64,000 bases of DNA from contig CM074519.1 of NCBI GenBank assembly GCA_037379345.1, forward strand, positions 38,280,103 to 38,344,102, given 5' to 3'. The stretch's first letter is position 1. Each line of letters starts with the position of its first letter. Shown here one piece after another: positions 1-12,661 of this stretch. This DNA is from Perna viridis (lineage: Eukaryota). The notes below the pieces were generated by a model. The model was given only the letters and a program-made list of their open reading frames with translations. It had not been told where the DNA came from and searched no databases. A program made the position numbers and the translations under genes.

Positions 1-860
1 GTAATTAGGGTTTCAAGGGTAATTACACGTCTGGCGTGAATTTTGAAAGTTTTTTTGCTGAATGCACATAGAGATTCATCCGTAACCAACCCTTTTTCCC
101 GTAGAAAGATTTATATAATGAACAGTTTAAGTTTCAAAGGTGTTTTGGTTAACGCTGGATCTCACTATTAAATAAGTTGCAAAAGAGTGAAAAAATGTTA
201 TTGTATTTAATAGCCTTCCGGACTGTTTTTTTTTTTTTTTTTTTGTTTTTTTTTTTTTTTTTTGCATTCGTTTCTCAATCTATACCTTTTAAATTAAATT
301 TGCTGTTCCTGGAAATGAAGAAAATTTAAAGCTTTGCTTTGGCGAATGGCCGAAGTAGGCAAATATCAAAGAGTTTAATGCCAAATTCAAAATTAATTTA
401 ATTCTAATATATATGCATAATGATTGGACTACCACTTTTTAACCACTTGTTTTTTATTTTAAAAAAAATGAATTAGGCTTCTATGGCGAATGAAGGTTGT
501 TACCTAAACATTTCTGTGTGAATGTGTTTGTAACTCGATCGTGATTAAGTGAATGAATACATAATTAACTAACTAAAATTATTTAGTGATTCATTCTATA
601 TAAGAGAGCCGGTAAAACTTCGTTTTATCGAACTTCTGGACATTATCAGAGCTTCAGATTAATGAGTGGACATTCTATATCCATACATAGTGAAATAGAA
701 AAAATCTTCTTCAACCAGATGTCTAAAAACACCATCAAATGATGATTATCATAGTCAGATCCAAGGTGTGTCCTATTATGCTGTCAATTTTTTCGTTGCA
801 ATATAGAGCAAAAAGTATATCGTGTCACAATGTCACAATATAGAGCAAAAACTATTCCGT

Positions 861-1045
861 GTCACGTGACAAAACGCACACCAACTAAATTTTGACCCGA
901 AATCATGCCACTAATGAAAAAATTATGGAGCCGATAAAAAACTACGGATTGTGCACTGAGTTTCCACAGTCAACTTCCCGACATTATACACCGGAAGCGG
1001 AAAAGAACTTTACTTCGCGGACAAGTCAAAACAAAACTGACGTCA
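861..1045 (+). promoter_or_regulatory. Putative BCAS3 proximal promoter: CLEAR/E-box GTCACGTGAC (861-870), tandem ETS CCGGAAGCGGAA (991-1002), CRE TGACGTCA (1038-1045)
   Basis: Exact motif matches in a locally CpG-richer segment 46-230 nt upstream of the ATG; no TATA box is evident. Confidence 0.6.
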
Positions 1046-1090
1046 TTTTGCAGAACATATCTTTGTTTACATTCTATTTTGAACTTTCAA

Positions 1091-1158
1091 ATGGCTGCTG
1101 AATCACCCAGAAAACATATAAGATTCGTCAACAATGTGATAAGACCACAGCCATTTAG
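1091..1158 (+). CDS. BCAS3: BCAS3 exon 1
   Basis: MAAESPRKHIRFVNNVIRPQPF (human MATDSPRR...VVRPQ); donor AG|GTAATT, phase 2. Confidence 0.88.
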
Positions 1159-3360
1159 GTAATTGATTGATTTATCGCATATTTTCCACATTGTTTATAA
1201 AATTAGCCTGAACTGAGTATGGACTATAGATGACTGGATCAATATCCTTAACCCATTTTAATGTTCATCATAACCTTTCGTCAAATATGCAGTGTTCATT
1301 CCAGAAAATTGCTAATGGGGCCACTGCCCCTCGTGACAGTCAAACAGGGGGTCATTCTCAGAAAAAAGGGCCAATGTGGTTGTATGATATGATAGGGGTC
1401 ATTTTTAGATAACAGGAGAGATTCAACCAACAAATACATTTTTGTAAGTTGTTTGTATACACTTTATAGTTTCATTATTAGGTTATAGACCTCCATGAAT
1501 GAATAAAAAGATTTTGATAGATGTTGATTATATTTTATTATAACATTCTGCAGATTCAAATCGTCATTCATTTTGTTGTTGCAGCACCACTTAGAATCTC
1601 TCTGTTCTTATTGGGTTCATATCCTACCCAGGCCTATGGATATTCAGTTTCCATTTTTACTCGAAATTCATCAGGTTCGCTGGGCATGTCCATATTTATT
1701 AGGTGCCGTCAGCAGGGTCAGGGGAAACAGCCATGTTCCATGGGGCACCATCTGCAGTTTCTTTCAGTAGTATTGAACCGCATGCTAAAAAATTTGTAAC
1801 TTTCATTTTTCTTGTTTACTATGAAATAGTCAAGGCATTGGCAATGTAAATATGGAAATGCATCTGCGCATGCAACCTATAAAAATCCAGAAATTCAGAG
1901 ATTGACATACAGAATACTGATCACCTGCAGTGCCTACATGCAGTGCTTTTTGTGCGCCATACATAAAATATCTGGGTCAATGGGGTAAAGGCGCGGTCTG
2001 GAATGAACATTGAATACACCCTCAATTTTACTGCAAAATTCATTCTGCCTACAGACAAACCTGTGTATCTAGAAAATTATTAAGGCATAGCATTTCCTAG
2101 ATATGATGCATCAGAAAAATAAGTTTTATGCAAAGAAAGATTAGACCACAGATTTTTATAGAAGACTGCTACAAAAATCGTTAATGAAACATTTACTAAC
2201 TTCAGATAAAATAATATGAAAACCCACTTACAAGCAAGAGGTCTATTTTCCTCAGTCTAGAAAACAATAAGTACCATGAAAAGTGAGGCCCCAGTATAGT
2301 GGGTTATCCCCATTCCAGTGGTCAATATATTAAGCCTCCAATAAAAATTCAAATTAAAAATTGATGGATATGTTTTGTTTCTATACATATACATGTACAT
2401 GTAACTTGGATATTTTTACATATTCAATTTTGAAAAAAATATTGATTGCAAATGCTAACCTACTTCAGGAATTGAAGAATGACCAGGGTCATTGGCTGTT
2501 GTTATTGTCATTTGTCTAACCTAGTTCTGGTGCAAAGGTGAAATTGTTGGTCATACATACATTTCATTATCATCTGACTTCAGTGAGGAATGCTTCGTAC
2601 ATAGCAAACCATTAATCAGTTTTGTTTATTTTATTGTAGGTTGAAGATCAGTGTTCAAATTTTAATTTAATTTTGAATGCATACTAGGATTTTAGAGGTG
2701 TACAGTAAATTACAATGGCAAACTTATAAAAGGAATATTATACCAAACATGTATATTGAATGTTGAGCTGATTTGAGTATGTTGGTAAACTCCCCTTGAT
2801 CTGACCTTGATGATGTATGATCCACAGGTGCAGGCCCGTGTTCTTTGTTATAAAAAAAATCTGCATTTGTAATTGCACTGGAAATTTGTTGCACCAGAAA
2901 TAGGTTAAACCACTGTTTACCTGCACAACTAATCCTTCATTGCATTAAACTGTTTTTTGAAGCAGCATCTTTAAACTTAGTAATTGTTTGGAAAAAGGTG
3001 AGGTAAATTTATGTGCTTCCAACTGTATTCCAAAATACAAAACACATGTTACGTATAGAAAGATTTGCATGAAAGGTCATTTATCAACCAGCAGTCACAC
3101 ATACATGTAGCTGTTGATGAGTACATGTATGTTCAAAAAAATATTGAAAAGTGCACAGTATGCAAAAAAATGAACTGCCTACTATTAATAAACAGGCATG
3201 ATAAGAAACTACAGAATTACATGGCTGCTGGTGTTATTTTTAAATCCCTAGATCAATATTACTTTTTTTCAGCATAAAGTGTCAGATTTTGGTTATTCAC
3301 ATTGCTACTTAGTTAAGTATATGATACATGTATGCTACTTAAACTAGTTATGTATTTCAG

Positions 3361-3415
3361 TGACAAGACTGTGATGGAAAATGTGGTGGACTTTATATCT
3401 GATGTTGTTCCACAG
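3361..3415 (+). CDS. BCAS3: BCAS3 exon 2
   Basis: tttcag| (S)DKTVMENVVDFISDVVPQ |gtaatg. Confidence 0.93.
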
Positions 3416-3873
3416 GTAATGACAACATTCACAAGATTTACAGATAGCATCTTGGTAACCCCTGAAATTCAATATAGCATCTTGCATCTAAAAATTATAG
3501 CATCATATTTGTATAGGACCCAATGGGTAGTTCTTTTGGGATAGCATCCCCATATAAAAAAAAGTAGCATTAGGGCAATGTATTGCTGTATGGCCCTGTA
3601 GAGATCACTGATTCATATCGCATTGTAATGGTTGTTTACCTCAAACACTTCTCTCTGAGTACACAATACATCAAGATGAATGTACATTTAACAAATCTCA
3701 TGTTTATTCAATTTTAAATACATCATAGATTTTGGTTATAAAAAAACTAAGAACTATCTTTAATGACGTACAAGAATATGACCTTGCTTAAGTTATTTCA
3801 ATTGTTTGGTTCATAGTAAAATTCTTTATTAGTAAGTTTGGCATCACAAGCAAATACAAATGCTTTTTACATA

Positions 3874-4085
3874 TGTCTCACTTGTATTTCTTCTGACATC
3901 GTCTTTCTCACCTGTATCTCTTCTGACATCATCTTTATCACCAGTATCTCTTCTGACATCATCTCTATCACCAGTATATCTTCTGACATCATCTTTCTCA
4001 CCCGTATCTCTTCTGGCATAGTCTTTCTCACCCATATCTCTTCTGACATCATCTTTCTCGCTCGTATTTCTTCTGACATCTTTTT
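3874..4085. repeat. 30-bp minisatellite, about 7 copies (intron 2)
   Basis: Unit approx. tctttctcacccgtatctcttctgacatca, with ttctgacatc recurring every 30 nt. Confidence 0.92.
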
Positions 4086-4627
4086 TTAAGACTTGTTATG
4101 GTTTCCTGTCATTCCTTATTTATGGTGAGCACCACAAAGTGGTGTGATCTCTATGGTTAAGTGACTGTCCTTATGTAGAAACTTTAACATTTTCTTAAGC
4201 AAACAAATAAAGTGTTTGATTAAAGATCACATCTCAGTAAAAATAAGTTAATATTTTCTGATATTCTTGAGGTATTTTCTTATTTTTTTATCAAATAAAA
4301 AGAAAATTTAGCTTTGATCATATTATTCAAATCAGAGCATGATAGCTGAAATTCTTAGAAAGGAAAGGCATTTATTAACTTCTTGAAATAGACGTTAGTC
4401 TAAAATATTTGATGGGCATTTCTTTACATTATAGATTGTGTAAATATTGCTGTTTTCCTAAGAGAACTGACATTGGTCCAGATATATTATATACAAATTA
4501 TTAAACTTTAAAAGAAATGGATATTGCTGTAGCTGCTCATGAGGATAAAATGAAATTTGAAGTATGGTAAATTACAAGGCACTTGCTTTTATAGGCAATG
4601 CCTACTCCATATTAATTCTGTTTATAG

Positions 4628-4703
4628 GCCTACACAGGAAGTCAAAAGGTTGATGACAAGGAAAAGATTCAGTGGATAAGATTTGAAAAGTCTGATATTA
4701 ATG
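4628..4703 (+). CDS. BCAS3: BCAS3 exon 3
   Basis: tttatag| AYTGSQKVDDKEKIQWIRFEKSDIN |gtaact. Confidence 0.93.
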
Positions 4704-4986
4704 GTAACTATATGTGTACAAGTATGAATGGTAATATATAAACATGTGCATCATTTTGGTAACAAAAACTGAAAGGAGTGCATGATAAGTCTTGGTTTGA
4801 AGAAGAGACCACTGTTGTTATCTTTTAGGAAAGTACAGTAGTGATAACCATTTCTTTGTGTGACCATCTTTTTACAAAGAGCTTTACAAAGTAAGGTGCT
4901 TATTATTTATTAATATTATAAATACACCCCTTAATTTCATTTGAGAAAAGTGTTGGATTATTCCCATGGACATGTATAAAATTTTT

Positions 4987-5010
4987 AAGTAAGTAAGTAA
5001 GTAAGTAAGT
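4987..5010. repeat. (AAGT)6 microsatellite (intron 3)
   Basis: aagtaagtaagtaagtaagtaagt. Confidence 0.9.
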
Positions 5011-5058
5011 GAAAAATAGTTCACAAACAACATTACTCATGTTTATATTTCTTTATAG

Positions 5059-5159
5059 ATATAGCACGGAACCCTGACTTTACAGTTGGGGAGAACAAAG
5101 GAATCCCTCTATTACTGATTCTTGGATACAGCAATGGTGTACAGTTATGGAATGTTATG
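5059..5159 (+). CDS. BCAS3: BCAS3 exon 4
   Basis: (D)IARNPDFTVGENKGIPLLLILGYSNGVQLWNVM; AG/GT boundaries. Confidence 0.93.
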
Positions 5160-5164
5160 GTAAT

Positions 5165-6055
5165 CTATCTTTGCCAAACCCTTAATAAACAGTATACTTA
5201 TTAAACCAAATCCTGAACAGTTAACCTATTTAAACCAAACCCTGTATACACAGTGAATTTATTTAAATACACCATGAATACAAAGTGAATCTATCTAAAT
5301 ACACAATATACCTATCTAAATACACCCTGAATACGCAATATGCCTATCAAAATACACCCTGAATACGCAATATACCTATCTAAATACACCCTGAATATGC
5401 AATATACGTATCTAAATACACCCTGAATATGCAATATACTTATCTAAATACACCATGAATACACAATATACTTATCTAAATACACCCTGAATACGCAATA
5501 TACGTATCTAAATACACCCTGAATATGCAATATACTTATCTAAATACACCATGAATACACAATATACTTATCTAAATACACCATGACTACACAATATACC
5601 CATCTAAATACACCCTGAATACACAATATACCTATCTAAATACACAATATACCCATCTAAATAATCCCTGAATACACAATAAACCTATCTAAATACACCA
5701 TGAATACACAATATACTTATCTAAATACACCATGAATACACCATATACTTGTCTAAGTACACCATGAATACACAATATACCCATCTAAATACACCATGAA
5801 TACACAATATACCTATCTAAATACACCCTGAATACACAATATACCCATCTAAATACACCCTGAATACGCAATATACCTATCTAAATACACCCTGAATACA
5901 CATTATACTTATCTAAATACTCCATGAATATACAAAATACACCCTGAATACAAAGAGAACCTATCTAAATATACCCTGAATACACAATATACCTATTTAA
6001 ACCAAACCCTCAATACACAGTGTAACTATCCACACCTATCCCTTGATACACAAAG
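5165..6055. repeat. 32-bp minisatellite, about 25 copies with diverged edges (intron 4)
   Basis: Unit aatatacctatctaaatacaccctgaatacac. Confidence 0.92.
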
Positions 6056-6303
6056 AACCAAAGTTCTTAGTTTACCTTTAATGCTTGAATTAGCATTTCT
6101 ATAGTTAAAAGTCAAAAATGTTTTCTGTCACATTAAAGCATTGAATAGTTGGCTTGATTCTTTTATTTTCCTATATTTGTCATCTTAAGAGGTATTTTTT
6201 GTTACATAATTGAAGAATTTGAAGATACTGATTTACTATCTAATCTAACTTACTTCATACTTTTCATACACTGTCAATACCTATGGTTGGTCTTTTATTC
6301 CAG

Positions 6304-6385
6304 CCTAACGGGGAAGCCCAAGAGGTATATTCTGTGAGGCAGGGACCAGTCAGGTTACTTAGAGTTCTACCATCTCCTTCTCCAG
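6304..6385 (+). CDS. BCAS3: BCAS3 exon 5
   Basis: PNGEAQEVYSVRQGPVRLLRVLPSPSP (human GEAQELFSVRHGP). Confidence 0.93.
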
Positions 6386-7000
6386 GTAGTGTATACAGAA
6401 AATTGAATTAGACTTTAAAAGGTTCATTGTTGTCTAAATTAGTGACCAAAATTGTCCATTTCTGTTCAAAGGTTTTAGCTTTCATAGTTCATCATTCCAT
6501 CAAAGTTTATTTGTCTTTTTTGGCACAAACATGATTTTCCCTAGCTTTAAAGCAAAATTTCTGTTATTTTGTTTTAAGATTTCACTATTAGAATTTCTAT
6601 TTTACATGTTTATTTACTTCCAATGTTGCCAATATCCACTTAGTTCACCCGGTAAAATGCTGTCTGTATGTCATTGATAGAACTCGGTAAAATTGCAATT
6701 CTATGTAAAGGTTGTACTGATATCATGTGTGCACTCCTCAATCCTTCTTAAACAAGGATGAACTAGGTATGGTTTAATTGGGGTAACAAAAGTAAAAAAT
6801 AGGAATTAATTCTCTAAGAAGAGTTTTTTGTTAAAATACTTCTTTCTATAAGATACGAGATATGTAAAAGTGGAAACAGGGAAGAAAAAATAGAAATGAA
6901 AAAAACCAAGAATGGATCCATGTTTCTTATATTTTGTATTAAAAAGAAAATTGTGCTTTTGAATTTTAACTTTCAAAAACGTATGGATAATTTTTTTCAG

Positions 7001-7064
7001 TATTTGGTGAGAATGATCTTTTTGCCAACAGACGACCATTGATAGCTGTGTGTGATACTTCAAG
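7001..7064 (+). CDS. BCAS3: BCAS3 exon 6
   Basis: (V)FGENDLFANRRPLIAVCDTS (human DNFAEKRPLLGVC). Confidence 0.9.
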
Positions 7065-7119
7065 GTAGATTATCAATGTTATGGTTTATAACTCTAGTTT
7101 AATGATAACAAGTGAAGAA

Positions 7120-7712
7120 CTCTGTTGTTGGGGAGAATCCTATAGGAGTCTATTGTTCAGGAGAATCCTAAGGGAGCCTGTTGTTCAGGAGAATCCTATA
7201 GGAGTCTGTTGTTCTGAAGAATCCTATAGGAGTCTGTTGTTCAGGAGAATCCTATAGGAGTCTATTGTTCAGGAGAATCTTATAGGAGCCTGTTGTTCAG
7301 GAGAATCCTATAGGAGTCTGTTGTTCTGAAGAATCCTATGGGAGTCTGTTGTTCAGGAGAATCCTATGGGAGTCTATTGTTCAGGGGAATCGTAAGGGAG
7401 CCTGTTGTTCAGGATAATCGAATAGGAGTCTGTTGTTCTGAAGAATCCTATAGGAGCCTGTTGTTCAGGAGAATCCTATAGGAGTCTATTGTTCAGGAGA
7501 ATCCTATGGGAGCCTGTTGTTCTGAAGAATCCTATGGGAGCCTGTTGTTAAGGAGAATCCTATAGGAGTCTGTTGTTCAGGAGAATCCTGTAGGAGTCTG
7601 TTGTTCAGGAGAATCCTGTAGGTGTCTATTGTTCTGAAGAATCCTGTAGGAGTCTGTTGTTCAGGAGAATCCTATAGGAGTCTGTTGTTCAGGAGAATCC
7701 TATAGGTGTCTA
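7120..7712. repeat. 28-bp minisatellite, about 21 copies (intron 6)
   Basis: Unit ctgttgttcaggagaatcctataggagt (e.g. 7206 and 7234); contains the palindrome TCCTATAGGA. Confidence 0.94.
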
Positions 7713-8013
7713 TGGTGTTTTTCTGCAAAATAACAATTTGTAAATTGTATCCTTCTATTAAGTCATCAAATTACATCTCATTCTGAACTTAGTTTGATGA
7801 TTTCGACAAAAACAACAACTAACTTGAATTGTATTATGCTCTACACCAGATATCAGGCACATTAAGTTTTACTGCTGAAAGATTTTTTCCAGTAATTTTT
7901 CTTCTGGCAAATCTCAGCAATCCTTTATCAGCAAAAGTTGAAATTTGATATGTAGCTTCAGCTTGACCGGTTCTTTTTATGTCTTTAAGATTTGGTCTGA
8001 AGCTTCAGTATCC

Positions 8014-8757
8014 TTATTATATCCCCTGAAAATGAAGTTTGGGGGATTATATAGGTACTTTCATCCTGTCTGTCATTCTGTCCAACCATCTGTCTGTCCT
8101 TCTGTCTGTTCAAACATTTTCTTAGCTGCTAACAGCTCTGTTGTAAAATTTAGTGGGATGTAACATAACCACATGGAGATGTACATACTGTCTGAAATTT
8201 ATGTTTTGACAAAAATTGTAGTAACTTACATTTTTCAGCAAAACATGGTCTTGTGTGTCCGCAACTCCTCCTCTTAGACTTGCAGGATTGTTATGAAACT
8301 CAATGGGGTGTTAGATTACTATATTGGGATGTGCATATTATCAGGAATTTATGTTTGGGCAAAAATTGTAGAAATAATGTCTGTTGGACTTAGGCGTATT
8401 TCACCAAAACTTGGTTTCATGTGTTGTCTGCAACTCTTCCTCAACAACTTGGAGTATTGTAATGGAACTTAGTGGGGTATTTAATTACCATATTAGGATG
8501 TGCATATTGTCAGGAATTTATGTTCAAAGTAAATTTGCTGTCAAATTCTGTCATTGTGTTGTCAACAACAAAAAAGAGTACTGATTTTGGTTTGGAGTTG
8601 GGGGTTTTAGAAATGGCAGCAAAATTGGGTGTCAGTGTTTAATTATCCCCCATAAAAATTTTGTCTAATTTATATCACATGTCCACATTTTTTCTATAAT
8701 GTATAGGGTTCAACAGGCTATGGGGGTATTAGTCCTGTTACGGGCAATATTTAGTTT
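8014..8757 (+). mobile_element. Non-autonomous Helentron-associated (HINE/pearl-like) element with about 170-bp internal repeats
   Basis: 5' ttatatcccc...ggggg box, (CTGT/CCAT) microsatellite, repeated gcaactc...gtgcatattatcaggaatttatgtt units (8261, 8430), 3' ggggtatt plus short hairpin ending tagttt. Confidence 0.6.
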
Positions 8758-8873
8758 ATATTTTGTGTCCAACATTCATCTTAGTGCCATATTCATTTCC
8801 TGTTTAATATATCTTCAAATTTTAGGTGATACATGACCAAACATCAGTGTCCTATGAACGCATTTCTCCAATC

Positions 8874-9658
8874 TTTTTTTTTAGCTCACCTTATTAAGGC
8901 CATGTTAGCTATTGCCATCGCCATTTGTCGTTGTTAACTTTTCTTTAAAAAATCTCCTCTGAAACCATTCAGTGGATTATTATAAAACTTGGTCACCAGG
9001 GTATTTACTTTGTGAATAATTATGTTGGTTATTTAGATCAAGCATAAATTATGGCTACCATTGCCTTTTTTTAGACAAGTCATCAATTTCTACACATATC
9101 TCAAAAACTATGAGAGATATTGGAAATTAAATGTGATCTTCCTGCTTCAACTTGGAGAGCCTTAAGTTACCATAGTCTCCATCGGGTCAATGTTGTAAGA
9201 TAACTCCTTCATAGAGGTATTGCCCTTGAAGGCGAAAAATGGTATATTTTGCAGTTTTTATAAGTAGAACAAAATTTTTGTTCATGAAATAATCCTTATG
9301 ATTTAGCTTACAAAAGTCTTTATTGAGTCAAAGTTGTAGGCTACTCCTTGTTAGTTTTTTTTTTATTATGGATATCATGTGTTAAACTTTTAATCACAAT
9401 CTAAACTCTGAACTGTATTAAGCTTGAATGTTGCCCCAACTGTTCAGGGTTTGACTGCTCCATCTGTATCAAGTAAATTGAAGCTGCATCCCTGATAACT
9501 ATAATAGATAGAAAAAAACTTTTGATTGATGAAATGATCCATATGATAGTCCTATGCATCAAATTGATGTTGTAGGATGACTCCTTGTTAGCGTTATTGC
9601 CCTTGAAAAGTGAAAAATGAACCAGGTGAGCGATTAAAACCCCTGGGAGCCTCTAGTT
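8874..9658 (+). mobile_element. HINE/DINE-1-like non-autonomous Helentron
   Basis: Poly-T start, subterminal inverted repeat gctcacc (8884-8890) / ggtgagc (9625-9631), 3' hairpin followed by ctagtt. Confidence 0.65.
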
Positions 9659-9731
9659 ATAAAAAAATATCATTACATATGAACAAAATAAAAGTTTTTA
9701 AGTTTTTAGTGTGTGTTTTTTGCTTTTCCAG

Positions 9732-9842
9732 TGCTGGTCAGCCATACTGTGCAGTTAAGTTTGTTTCACTGAAGACAGGAGATGAAGTTCACAATGTCAG
9801 CTTCAAAAGTTATCAAGTGGTTAATATAGAGTGCAATAGAAG
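9732..9842 (+). CDS. BCAS3: BCAS3 exon 7
   Basis: (S)AGQPYCAVKFVSLKTGDEVHNVSFKSYQVVNIECNR. Confidence 0.93.
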
Positions 9843-10358
9843 GTAATGTGGACAATATACTGGTTGGCCTGAATAAAACAATCAGAAATGGATAGATCTT
9901 CTAGTATATGATTATTAATTACTGATTAAACAAGTTGTTTTTTTACAAATTCAAAGTTTTTAAAGGTACTTAAAATATTGAAATTTGATTTCCCAGAATT
10001 CCCAATTTACATGAATAATGTTAAAAAATTATTAAATCCATAACTGTAAAACAAATATACATCGTGTTCTGACCTCTGACCCTTTTTGCCTGTACATCGT
10101 GTTCTGACCTCTGACCCTCTGTCTGAAAATATTTTGTTAAAGTTTGAAAAGATTTGGTTAAGAATGAGGTAGTTTTTAGTGTTTACTGATAGACAGAAGT
10201 GTGTCTAAATTCTAGGCAGGTGTTTCATACTTTTATTTTTAGCTACTGAAACACTGCAGTATAGTGTAGTTATTACACCATTGTCTCATTGAAATTTAAT
10301 CAGTTTGTTTATTTACCACTAAGGATGAAAAACTTAAAAACCAGTGTATCAATTACAG

Positions 10359-10435
10359 AGTTGTGGTTGTGGTGTTCAAAGAAAAGATATGTGTATTTGA
10401 TGCTGCCACTCTGAAACAGAGATTCTGGATCACAG
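10359..10435 (+). CDS. BCAS3: BCAS3 exon 8
   Basis: (R)VVVVVFKEKICVFDAATLKQRFWIT. Confidence 0.92.
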
Positions 10436-11072
10436 GTATTGTTCATATGGGAGAGAAATACCATATTTTTCCATGTATTCTTCACACTTTTTTTTCAATT
10501 TTTTCTTTTATCTCCATGTGGTCTTCTGCTGGTGATTTTTCTTCGCCTCCCAATGTATGTTTTACATGGTAATTAATTTTTTGTCAATCTCCCTTGCGAA
10601 GAAGGCGGTACACGGAAAACACGAAACAATACAGTTGTTACATTTTTGCATTGATGTATATGTTCAGAGTATCAAATCTACAAATGAATATATAAGAAAG
10701 CATTTGACTGCACTTTATAATATTAAAGTGTTTAATATAGTGTGTAGCATACTGAAATTTGCAATAGTGTTGTGATTATATCATATGATTGGTATTTTTG
10801 AATTAAGAAAATAAATGCCACAAAAATAATTTCTTTAACATCTACAAAGGATATTTCACTTAAGGTTGTTCAAAATATAACCCCAGTTGACAGAATTTAG
10901 AATTTCATATGAAGATTTTAAAATTTGATACTTTTTAGGGTTGTTCTTTTACCAAGTAATTCAAGTTCCCTAATACATCTAAACAACTTATTTTTTTTTT
11001 TTAACAAACATTAGTTTTCTGTTCAGAACCTTTTGGATAACATCATTATTTGACTTCTTCCTTATTTGCTAG

Positions 11073-11270
<198 letters not shown>

Positions 11271-11710
11271 TAGCATCTTGTCAAAGACTGAAAATTGTTG
11301 TGAAGAAAGACTTGTATGAATTTCAGGAAAAAGGGTTAGCAACATCCTGTAGGTATTATGTACAGATGTCTGAAACAAGAACAACTCAAAATTGTCCTGT
11401 CAGAAATGACCTACATAATTGTGAAGTGTTTGAACTTTAAATCTAGAATAGAGTCATTATTTGAGTTAAAATTTCAGTGTCCCTCATAGGCAAAGACTAA
11501 AATCATGATATCAGTTACTTTGGAATTTGATTTTCCCTAGCAATTGAATCAAACCATAGAAAATACTTACCTAGAATTTAGATTTTTTTTACATATAAAG
11601 TATATGAGAAACATTTTTAATTAATATATGACATTTCATTAGAAAAAGAATATGTTAACAAAATATGAATAGGAATGTGGATGAAGTACTAACTGTATTG
11701 TTTTTCACAG

Positions 11711-11794
11711 TTAGTTCCCCTACATCAGTCCTTTGGTGGGATGTCTGGAGATGGTGCTCAGTCTTATGCTGCAACAGTCATCAGTGCTGCTAAG
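11711..11794 (+). CDS. BCAS3: BCAS3 exon 10
   Basis: LVPLHQSFGGMSGDGAQSYAATVISAAK. Confidence 0.95.
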
Positions 11795-12329
11795 GTTTAT
11801 ACCATATACAATATCAACTTTTACTGTTGTAATATTTGACACCCTTTACTCTGCAGATGATACTGAAAAACTTGTACATCTTATGCCAACAAATTTCAAC
11901 ATATAAGTATTACTAATGAGTATGTGTATCCAATTCATTTCTGCCACTTTAATTAAGCCAGACATTTATGGTTAACCTAGTATTACATTGAATTTAGGTG
12001 TTCCATTACAGGAAGGGCATCTCCAAAATGAATGTTATAGACTCATCTCTTCTAGTATATAATAATAATGTCTTCTCAAGACAATATTGTAGTGTGCATT
12101 CTCCTAACATTTCTTTGTTCATATTTTCACATTTTTTATGATTTACAAAGAGTATTAAATATTTCAAAAATGATACTTTTCATTATTTTTAAAGCATGGA
12201 AAATAAATTTCGTTCTTTGTTTATAGTATTTTTGATGTATATAATGACCTCTATTGGTAAGCAAAAAATTGTTATAGAATGATTGAAATGAACCAATTGA
12301 ATAATTTTTTTTATTTCTTATGTTTTTAG

Positions 12330-12494
12330 GGAGCTTTTAAGGGTCTGTCAGTGTTTGGTGAGGCAGTGGTGAGTAATTTGACAGGGAGTAAACAATCTAC
12401 CACTCCAAAGAAGTCAGATTCCACACAGATAGATAATGGGAACAGACCAGGCATAGTTTCTATTGTAGATTTACAGAACATCCATGGGGACCAT
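12330..12494 (+). CDS. BCAS3: BCAS3 exon 11
   Basis: GAFKGLSVFGEAVVSNLTG...RPGIVSIVDLQNIHGDH |gtaagt. Confidence 0.92.
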
Positions 12495-12661
12495 GTAAGT
12501 TTCATGTCTGAAAACAGTAGAAATGTGTTAATTTATGTCATAATAAATGTTTGTTTACCTGAAACATTACAAATCATTTCAAGGTCTGTAATTGCATCTT
12601 ACATTTTTCAAATCCAGCTTGGTGTGGTACTTGTGATTTCTTGTGTGTCAACATTTAATTG

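Noticed and set aside
1248-1988. Possible piggyBac-like MITE (ttaacccatt...aatggggtaa)
   Set aside because: The TIR match is short and the right TTAA is imperfect.
3838-4089. Repetitive ORFs on both strands (ISSDIIF..., MSEEIRVRK...)
   Set aside because: By-products of a 30-bp intronic minisatellite; no splice or homology support.
7120-7712. CRISPR-like appearance of the 28-40 bp arrays
   Set aside because: There are no unique spacers or cas genes, and the context is a eukaryotic intron.
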